Source: Tubiluchus corallicola (taxonomy: Eukaryota > Animalia > Priapulida). From it: a stretch of 64,000 nt of DNA. Shown here one piece after another: positions 40,763 through 64,000 of the stretch. Made by a program: the position numbers and the translations under genes. Each line of letters opens with the position of its first letter. The stretch's first letter is position 1. A model generated the notes under the pieces. That model was given only the letters and a program-made list of their open reading frames with translations. It did no database searches and had not been told where the DNA came from. The DNA lies in the NCBI GenBank assembly GCA_030141605.1, contig JAQGDQ010000122.1:186001-250000 (forward strand), read 5' to 3'.

Positions 40763-41491
40763 TTTGTTCGTTTCAGCCTCTTGCTCAAAGTTGGCCAGTC
40801 AGGTTTGGTTTCGGCTGCATGTGTTTAAACCTGTGAATCATGCTTTGAGCTGTGAACGCATGGTAGTGTAGTATATAGGCTTATGTCAAACGCTGGTGTA
40901 TGCTTTATGTGTTCTGGATGATTTAATTCGAGACCCCTTCAAAAGACAAGTCCATATTTTTTGAGTCATTCTCAGTTGTACATCCTCGTAAACTATTTAT
41001 TGATTACTTACTTCTTGCAATGGCATTTCAATTGAATTTGCTTTCTTAATGTAATACATTGGAAAAGTCATTTTATGCTTTCTGTACAATGCCTAGGCTT
41101 TCTGTTAAATGGCTGGAACAAATAGATTCACCACAAATTGTCTATTTCACATTTTGCCAAAAATCACCTTATGCATTCCGTATAGATCCTAGCTACTATA
41201 CAAAATGTCTGGGTAAAGTGAAATGGTGCCGCAACAAAAAATATTTAACTCTTCAAACCATAGACATTCTGTAAAATGTCCACAAGCCAGAGGATAAATG
41301 TCCTAATTTTTCACATTGTCCGGAACTTATCAAGTTGACATGATAAAAACACAGAGGCACTTTGTGCAAAACAATTGGGTGTGAAACAAGCATTATAAAG
41401 AGATTTGACTGTATGACTCCATAGCTGCTCCTAGGAAACGTTTTGCGCCACAGAATGAAGCAAACAAGAACAAATGTCAAATCTGAGATCT

Positions 41492-41497
41492 TTTATT
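41492..41497 (-). terminator. Candidate distal IQSEC poly(A) signal (~3.1-kb 3'UTR)
   Basis: Minus-strand AATAAA followed by GT-rich ttgacatttgttcttgtttgc; a proximal AATAAA also lies near 44503. Confidence 0.45.
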
Positions 41498-41861
41498 TAA
41501 ATAATTCACATGTACACCGTTTAAATAGCAAATATGCTGGGTTTATACGTGCCCGTAATGTTGCGTACCAAATCGTGAAAACTTAGTTATCTAACAAACA
41601 ACACAAGCAACTAATTAATCTAATCTAAACAATTTGGCAAAAAAATAAGTAAACAAGTTTAATAGCCACATTATTAATAACCAAGTGTAAATAATGTATA
41701 GAAAAAGCACGGTCAAAATTACATTTTGCTCACAAAACAACATGGTGATCCCTGGCAGCCATTGTAGCACTATATAATGCAGAAATCCCAAGAAAAACGG
41801 CAATACATGTTAACAGTACTCTCGTTCATTGTGTTATTGTGCAATAACTGTCCGTATTTTA

Positions 41862-42002
41862 CCAGTCACTGTAACATTTGTGGGTACAAGTCGTACAGTC
41901 ACTGTAACGTTGTGGGTACAGGCTGTACAGACACTCAGTCACTGTAACATTGTGGGTACAAGCCGTACACACACTTTCCAGTCACTGCACTGTAGGTACA
42001 AG
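41862..42002. repeat. ~35-40-bp degenerate tandem repeat, 4 copies
   Basis: Unit cagtcactgtaacattgtgggtacaagxcgtaca. Confidence 0.8.
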
Positions 42003-44597
42003 TAAAAACACAAAACAACAGAACAACTTCTTGCAATATACTTCAGATTCTAGTGCTAAAAGATCAATAAACTAAACACTGAGTCACAAACTGTATGACA
42101 AACGTCACACTGATGCAACATAGTTATAAGCCTGAATTTAGCCAACCTCAGTACAGATGTGGTACTAAAATTTATTCGCGTAGTAAAAAAACTTACAAAT
42201 ATCATTATAAAACAAGCATTTGTCCATTACAATAGGTAATATAATGTAAAGAACATAATTAGCTTAATGAACTTCACTTAACTTTCGATCAGCCTTGACC
42301 TTTGCTTACGAACTACAGATGATGCAATAGAGTGCTTTTGGTAAAGTTTTGCAACCTTTAGTGTGTGCACAGGAATGATGAATATTAGGGTGAGTGTTTG
42401 AGAAATAGTCTATCAACCTATCAAACATGAATAGATTATATTATTTGCAGCTATAATGTGAAAGTGAAATATTCGACTGATTTTTGTTAAATATCGTATT
42501 TGCAGTCACGCAGTTGTGAAATTCACAATAGTTTTGCGGATTTGAGGATAGTGACTTGTGAATTTTTAATGCTTAGAATCAGGGAGGGAATTTACAGCAT
42601 GCAAAAGCCACTTATGTAAAGTAAATTTTCAAGTGTCTGCACAAAAAGTTTGCCCAATTTCTGTTCTTTAAGCATTCGCTTGCGCATTAAATGCTTGTTG
42701 CCTCATAAAATGCCTTTCATCACTACTTTACTTTAAGATGTCCTCATCCCTATTTTGCTGTTTTGCCTGGAAATTCGTAACCACAAAACATTGCTCATAA
42801 TTACAAACATTATAGTTTTTTGCTCAAGCCTATTGAGGCTTGTGGTGTGATGAGCATGACATGGTTAAGTGATGTACTATGTACATTGTGCTGTGCGAGT
42901 TGACTTTGAAAGATTGCAAGCAAAATTGAGGTCTGGCTAGTAATTTAATATTTACCAATAATTATAACTCCTAGCTTCATACACAGAAACGGTTTTTAAC
43001 AATAGGGCACACACAGCTAGCCTAATTAATTTGTTGTCTACAATTCAGTGGATATTGCTCATATGCAGCTATTCAAGTTTCACTCAATGCGCTGATTTTG
43101 CAGGTGCAGATTTTGCGGTTGCGGATCAGCAAGGAAGTGATAACTTACAGTCTGTCTGCAATCTGCCACAGAGACAAAACAAACTACAATAACTGAAAAG
43201 CCATGATCATAAATTGGGATGGAACTAAGACTGTTAAAACCACAGAAAAGACAATATGGTGCTGGAGTTTCTTATTTAAAATACTTTACTTTTAACACGA
43301 ATGGATTATTACATTAGCACAAGTACAGCGTAGTTAGTGTAATTCTAGAACCACGAAAAATCATTATATAACTGCATTTAAAAATAAACAAGCTGCTTAA
43401 TGCTTTTACTTTTGCTTGTTTCAAATGATCATAATTGTTATCACCATCAACTATAAAACAGCCTCGATTTTATTCTGTTCAAATGCAACTGTTAATCCTT
43501 CACGCCGCTGGTTTCACTTTAGACTGTACCTTAAAAATGGCTCAATGGACAAGGGCCTGTTCTTCATCCAGACAGTCATCGTTTCAGTTCCACAGCTGTG
43601 AAATTTCAAAAACAGCTTCATTTCCCATCCGCGTGAAACTTTTAATATTTAAAAAGAAGGCCCCTCTTTATAGCTAACTGCCAAGTGAATTTCTTTAGAG
43701 CCGGGTCACTAATACTGCACAAAACCATTAACATTTGTGTGTTACCAAGGTTCTGAGTAATAATTTGGTAAAACAGAAAATGACTCAACTACAAACCTCC
43801 TTATAAAAAGGCACTGCACTTGAGAGTGTACAAGAGAAATGTTCCACACTTGTAAACGGCTTGGCTTATATTTGAAAAGTTCCACAAACTAAATACATTG
43901 TTAGTATAACAACAAGAGTTTCCAAGTAAGACAAAAACAAACAATATAATAACAACTAATGGAAGAAAATACAAACTGCATAAACTTCATAGCATCACAT
44001 TGCATTATGGTCCCTGTGCAATGTTCAATAAATTACTAACGCAAATGAAACGTTTCAGTGTTTTACAGTACAAATCTTCTCACTCTACAGTCGGTATAAA
44101 TCACAGGTACAAATGTGACTGTTAGTATGAACATTTCTGCAAAAAAACTTGTAGTGCAACAAATTACTTGATTTGGAATAGGCAAAATTGTCAATTTTAA
44201 AAAAGCGTGATTAACCGAAATTTCTTGCTTAGCTAAATCTATCACGCTAGCCTCGCGGCCATGATTGACATAGTTAAGTTTAAAACATACTACAAAAAAT
44301 GTTTCAACTGCAAGTGTGTTACTGAAGGACAAGTCAAACAAATTAAAGGAAAAGTCATGATTAGAGTGATAGTATCAAAACTTGTCATCTGAACAAGTCA
44401 AAATGCTACAATAATCCATAATGTTCATAGACATTATATCTTTATAAACTATTTGATACTTGTCCATAAGTGAAAGACATGATACAATTCAATTTTAATG
44501 TTTTATTGACTGGAGACTCCAATAATACTCAACCACCGACTCGGCTATGCCTCGGTGCTGTCCGTAATAACGATTCTGACTGAAGCTACCGACTCGG

Positions 44598-57842
<13,245 letters not shown>

Positions 57843-58544
57843 ACAACTTTCCTCCTAGTTCCCTACTATTGCGCTAGAAATTACAGTCAGACTTTTGAAA
57901 ATTCATAACACACTAATACACACTAATTTCTTTGACAGAATCTTATACTGTCTGTTAGTAACTACCAAAAGGCGCTTCCACCTCAATCATGGAACCGCCC
58001 CAGCAAATGCTGAAAAACTTTTGACGAAATATCGATCGTGGCTCCCTCCTCGCGTGTCAGACAAATCGGAAAATTTGATTTGTGTCGCTCCAAAAATTTG
58101 CACTAAACACATTTGCCTGGTCGTCAGTGCACCACAGAGAGTTTAAAATGCGGGGCGGGAAGACTCCCGGAAGAAACGGGAAAAACCGGGAAACAACGAA
58201 TCTAGTTGCATTCATCGAGCCTAAGTTATCTTCAATAACCAAGCCTCACAGCGCCTACTCGGGAATTACTTTACTTGCCAAAGTTAATAGAGTTTGCTAC
58301 AATGATCAACCCCCATTTACAAGACAGTAGCAATTGATTAATACAAGGGCTAGAATCTCTACATTGAATGAGATTATAGAGAATATTATATCAATCATTG
58401 ATCGAGTTGCATTGAATGAAGTGGCTATTGGGGATTTCTGTACTAATAAGCCTTGCCACACAGCGTCTCGCAAATGCCCAGTTTAGTCAACTGACCTGTT
58501 CCGACGGCAGGCAGCCTCATAAAAAACATATATATTGTTTTAAA

Positions 58545-59825
58545 TAATAAAAAGGTTTCTAGTTTTTATGCAAGATAAATTTCTCAACTTAAAACAGATT
58601 CAAGGGCGGCTTTGGTATTTGCGTCATAGAAGGTACAAATGTTGTTTTAAAATATGAAGTTGACGGCACGGTGAATATTAAAAAAGTTTTCAGTTTTTGT
58701 GCAAGATAAATTTAAGAACTTAAAATAGATTCAACAGCTTGGGCAACTTTAGTATTTGCCTCATAGAAGGCACAAATGTTGTTTTAAAATATGAAGTTGA
58801 CGGCACGGTGAATATTAAAAAAGTTTTCAGTTTTTGTGCAAGATAAATTTAAGAACTTAAAATAGATTCAACAGCTTGGGCAACTTTAGTATTTGCCTCA
58901 TAGAAGGCACAAATGTTGTTTTAAAATATGAAGTTGACGGCACGGTGAATATTAAAAAAGTTTTCAGTTTTTGTGCAAGATAAATTTAAGAACTTAAAAT
59001 AGATTCAACAGCTTGGGCAACTTTAGTATTTGCCTCATAGAAGGCACAAATGTTGTTTTAAAATATGAAGTTGACGGCATGGTGAATATTAAAAAAGTTT
59101 TCAGTTTTTGTGCAAGATAAATTTAAGAACTTAAAATAGATTCAACAGCTTGGGCAGCTTTGGTATTTGCGTCATAGAAGGTACAAATGTTGTTTTAAAA
59201 TATGAAGTTGACGGCATGGTGAATATTAAAAAAGTTTTCAGTTTTTGTGCAAGATAAATTTAAGAACTTAAAATAGATTCAACAGCTAGGGCAACTTTAG
59301 TATTTGCCTCATAGAAGGCACAAATGTTGTTTTAAAATATGAAGTTGACGGCATGGTGAATATTAAAAAAGTTTTCAGTTTTTGTGCAAGATAAATTTAA
59401 GAACTTAAAATAGATTCAACAGCTTGGGCAGCTTTAGTATTTGCCTCATAGAAGGCACAAATGTTGTTTTAAAATATGAAGTTGACGGCACGGTGAATAT
59501 TAAAAAGGTTTTCAGTCTTTGTGCAAAATAAATTTAACAACTTAAAATAGATCCAACAGCTTGGGCAGCTTTGGTATTTGCCTCATAGAAGGCACAAACG
59601 TTGTTTTAAAACATGAAGTTGACGGCATGGTGAATATTAAAAAAGTTTTCAGTTTTTGTGCAAGATAAATTTAAGAACTTAAAATAGATTCAACAGCTTG
59701 GGCAGCTTTAGTATTTGCCTCATAGAAGGCACGAATGTTATTTTAAAATATGAAGTTGACGGCACGGTGAATATTAAAAAGGTTTTCAGTCTTTGTGCAA
59801 AATAAATTTAACAACTTAAAAAACA
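58545..59825. repeat. 137-bp tandem satellite, ~9.3 copies
   Basis: gacggca recurs at 58662, 58799, 58936 … 59758, a period of 137. Confidence 0.95.
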
Positions 59826-61067
59826 GGTTCAACTGCTCAAATTTCTTGAGTATCTGCAAAGGTTGTCACACTAAATTGAGAAGCAAAAAACGGATAAAAG
59901 ATACACATTTTAGTAAAATCAACTTCAAATTTTTTCATAAAAAAATATTACACTTTGTACGACAAGATAAATCGTTCAGTCCTTAATTCATCAAAGATTT
60001 ATAGCACATCAAACAATTTTACGAAAAAAATATTTTAAAAACACAAGTTTACGATTACATTATTATTTAAGCGTGACTATATCAATTATAATGTTAGCGC
60101 AAATAATATAATTATTAATAGATTTAGCTACAGCAAATTAGAATAATAGAATAAATAAAACTCCAACTTCCTCGCTGGGTTCAGACTTATACCCGTCACT
60201 TCCTAACGTGAACAAACACAACGAAGCATTTACACGATTAGCAATTTATTTTTATCACTAAACTTTCATTGCAAAATTATCATCATCAACGACTGTTATG
60301 ACAAAACTCAACGAAGCTATAAATTCACACGTTTCCTTGAGACGCCTAGCTATCCGCACCATCAAGCCAATCTCTCTCTCTTTTCTTATAACAATAATGA
60401 TTCAGTTTAAAACTGACGCGAGTCGACGCATCCTGATGAAGAAAAAACGCAGCTATTTTCACAGCAAGATAGAATAACACGTGAGCTCAATGTATCACCA
60501 TTGGCTGGATCCATTATCCAAATTCCTTCCCTTATCAAAATAAAATTAATGCGCATGGGAAAACTTGGACACTAAGACTAGTAAGAGGCAAGAACAATAC
60601 TGGGTATTATTATAATAAACCTACTATCGAAATACAGTGATAAAAGTCTGTATCATACTTTCTCGAATCCTTCTATTTTTACCGATTTAGCGTCATTTTT
60701 TGTCAGAGACCCACCCATCTACCACCCACGCACCCTCGCAACTGCTTCCTATAGATAGATCCGCATCAAGCGCAATATCAACTAAGGAAACATTAGCTTC
60801 AGTATTCACATGTTTGCTATGCTTTTAACTGACGAGAGTGAGTGAGTAACTCGGCTCACGTGACCTTGTCACGTGGTCACTTGAAAAAATCAAGTGACAA
60901 GATGTAAAATCAAGCAGCACGATATGCAGATGCGTCCAAATAATAGGCAAGACCACCCAGTGATGTAGACTGAGGAGTGCCATGATTATCTGAAATTCCT
61001 TCTAGAACTACTTTAACCCGTCCCGAGAGGTTCTGTTAATATTTAAATGATCCATAACCATTCTACA

Positions 61068-61550
61068 GTGGTAATGGTATTAGTAGTAGTTGCAGTGTAG
61101 TGGTATTAGTGGTAGAGCAGGTAATAATGGTAGTAGTGGTACTAGTAGTCGTAACAGTAGTGGAATTAGTAGTAGTTTTAGTTGCAGTGGAAGTAGTAAT
61201 GGTAATAGTGGTACTGGTAGTCATAGTAGTTGTAGTGGTAGTGGAAGCAATAGTGGAAGTGGTAGTGGAGGTATTAGTTGAATGGTAGTGGAAGTAGTAG
61301 TGATAGTGACAGTAGTAGTAGTAATGGTATCAGTACAGGTAGTAGTGGTAGTGGAAGTGGTAGTAGTAGTGGAAGTGGTAGTAGTAGTGGAAGTAGTAGT
61401 AGTAGTGATAGTAGCAGTAGTAATGGTATCAGTACTGGAGCAGTGGTACTAGTAGTGGTAGTGGAAGTGATACTTGTAGTGGTACTGAAATAGTAGGAGT
61501 CATGGTAGTGGAAATAATAGGAGCAATGGTGATGGTAATGGTAGTAGTAT
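61068..61550. repeat. Degenerate (GTA/GTG)n trinucleotide low-complexity tract
   Basis: Read directly; source of the Ser/Gly and Val ORFs. Confidence 0.9.
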
Positions 61551-62619
61551 TATACTGATATTAATTGCAATCCTGGTTATCATTATTTAGAGGGAGAATT
61601 TATTAAAGCCCGCCAAATTTATTAATTTTTTTAATCCAGCTATACAGCTGAAAGAAGAAATGTGAATTTGAAAAACAGAGAAAGAAATTCTTTTGCCACA
61701 TTTGCATAGTTCCTGGTAGGAAATCCACTCCTAGTTCCCTTTCTCTACAGATTACTTTTGGCCACAATAGAGATTGAAGATATTTCTTAAACTGTTTGTT
61801 TATTTCATCATTTATAGTTTGTTATATTGAAAATTGTGACAATTCAGTTACAACAAAAGTCCTAAAAAGCACAAGCACATTAACTTACCTCATTCATGCA
61901 ACGATTAATCTAAGAGCAGCTAATTAAGTGAAAGAGGAAAATTGAAAGTGAACCACAATTTTATGGTATCAGTCACACTCACAGCACAGACGTAACCTTT
62001 CAGTCAAATAAAAAACAATAATAATAGTTAATGCTTATCCTGCTCTGGTACTGTACTGTCCTTTGCTCTACTGTACGGCACTAAATTCCTAATTTGAAAA
62101 GAAAACTGCCGTTGAATGTTCAAATTTAAACAAAAAATGACATTGCTCGTTTCCTGTTTCAACAGACAGCCAGCAAACATGTAATTACAACCTTCACAAG
62201 CCCCCCCCCCTCCCTGACAGAAGTACTCAATCATGTTTAGAAGTAACACACTGTGCCATATAACCTAGCTGCTATCTGCAGTATTTTATCATCCAATAAT
62301 CTCAGCACCGTTTCCACAGCTCTTGCTGGCTATTAGCTCCCATGCTTTTTCATTGAAATGAAGACAACAGCAGTAGACAGCTGGTCTAATAAATTACTCG
62401 TCTAGTGTAATACAGCGTCCGGTTATAATTATAACCTTATATAAAACATATCCGTATTACATACACAGACAGGATGCAATTGTCTCATTTACTCCAATTT
62501 CGAAATGAGTAATAGAACTGACGTAAGGGGTCTTATTTAGAAGACGCTTTAATGTGTAAGTGTGCACAGCAGAATGTGACAGTTATTCGAGCGTTATTGT
62601 ACAGGGTGTTCCAAGAAAT

Positions 62620-62977
62620 GGTAACAGGTAATAAAATCACAGAAAAGTCACAGGAAAGTCAATAAATTTATGATTGCCAGAACAAAAATCACAATTTTGG
62701 CTAGGAGAGTTAGGTAATCAAACAAAAATATACAAGTCAGTCATAATTTAGTTGTACCATAAACAATTAAAGTAGCAAAACAAAATATTTTTAATCAGTT
62801 ATTAACAGGCAAAGTATGACTTGTACATATTGACAACACTATTTATATATCATGGCATTACATGTATGTGAAAAAATCATATTTTGTTCAATCTCTTAGG
62901 GTTAGTGTTAGGGTTATTTCTTTTTCGCCATAACTTTTTCCTGTGGGTTTTTTCCTGTGACTTTTTACCTGGATTCC
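62620..62977. mobile_element. Non-autonomous foldback element; inverted second copy starts at ~63845
   Basis: aaaagtcacagga … tcctgtgactttt subterminal inverted repeats and an internal ttagggttag motif; 62800-62960 matches the reverse complement of 63845-64000. Confidence 0.7.
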
Positions 62978-63359
62978 CACGAAACAGTGGACTAAAGATC
63001 TGGTATATATATATATATATATATACATATATCACTATATACACTACAGATCAGATATATATATATATATCAGATATTTAGTGCACTGATATTTAGTATA
63101 TTGTGCTATACACTATATATTGGAATGTACGTTATAAATTCCAATATATATGTATATACATATATACATATGTGTATAGCACAGTATACTGATAAGTTTA
63201 AGTATTTGCTGGGGGCACTGTTTCTTGTGAACACAATGCTCATGTACAAGCTCTGGTATTGCATGACTAGTGACAAAGTGACTAGTCAGTCAGTCACACG
63301 TGATTTTGATTGATTGTGTGACAGTGTGAATTGCAAATTCGATTTTGAGCAGTAGAATG

Positions 63360-63715
63360 TACATGATCAAAAACGAAGATTTATACACTAGAACGAAAGA
63401 AATTCCTTGGAGTTCAAAAGCCAAGCTCCAAAGATTACGATGGCTAAGACATCTTCTGAGATTACCAAGTGAAGTACCAATAAGAATCAAGGAAGCCTTA
63501 TAACACTGCAAAAAACCACCAGGCAAACCGAAAACAACTTGGATAGTTAAGATAAATAAAACTGTTCAACAACTTCAAACAAAACTATCTTTAGAAGTAT
63601 AAACACTTACGCTGTTAGCTGCAGATAGGAGTGGGTGGAATACTCTAATAAATGTTAATGCCTCAATGTGTACAACAATAGATGGAATGACACTTTGAAG
63701 AAGAAAAAGAAAGTA
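63360..63715 (+). mobile_element. RTE-like LINE 3' remnant
   Basis: IKNEDLYTRTKEIPWS…RLRWLRHLLRLP…PGKPKTTW…LAADRSGW, then a (GAA)n-like tail. Confidence 0.75.
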
Positions 63716-64000
63716 CGATACATTCACACATTAGCATTTTACAATCTACATTGTTTCATTCTATATTTAGTTTAAACTTTATTTATTTAAAGTAAATTCA
63801 CAATACAGACTACATATGATACAAGTATGTTCACTAACGTACTGGGGAAAAGTCACAGGAAAAAAGAAATGAACCTAACCCTAATCACAAAACCCATAAT
63901 GCTATCATATTGAACGAAACATGATTTTTTTCACATACGTGTAATTCCATCATATATAAAGATTATTGTCAATATGTACAAGTCATGAATTGTCAGTTAA

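Noticed and set aside
58545-59825. 137-bp array as CRISPR or a small-RNA gene cluster
   Set aside because: Units are near-identical end to end; no spacers, tRNA or 5S features.
62895-62915. ttagggttag as a telomeric remnant (also 63873-63885)
   Set aside because: Only 2-3 imperfect units inside a repeated non-autonomous element.

Overview
AT-rich, intron-containing animal (invertebrate bilaterian-type) genomic DNA, not prokaryotic. Gene content, built by hand from GT-AG sites and reading-frame phase: (1) the last 10 coding exons of a filamin gene (+, 304-10855); (2) a 5-coding-exon minus-strand gene (30516->17007), mostly missed by the ORF track, encoding a ~853-aa secreted precursor: signal peptide, 22 x 15-aa RR-containing repeats, furin-type site RRKR, and a 9-Cys cystine-knot domain resembling the PTTH/Trunk/IL-17/noggin group. 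As assembled it carries an 8-bp frameshifting duplication. (3) An orphan intronless 200-aa ORF nested in an intron of that gene between two (TTAC)n arrays; (4) an intact intronless eIF3L (+, 37938-39572); (5) an apparently complete IQSEC/BRAG Arf-GEF gene (-, 57842->44598) ending in the PDZ ligand STEV, whose end is duplicated and folds into a hairpin over the stop codon. The rest is L2/CR1 and RTE LINE remnants, tRNA-derived SINEs, hAT-, piggyBac- and pogo-type MITEs, minisatellites and microsatellites. No CRISPR arrays, rRNA or convincing tRNA genes. Family assignments come from motif recall, not database searches.
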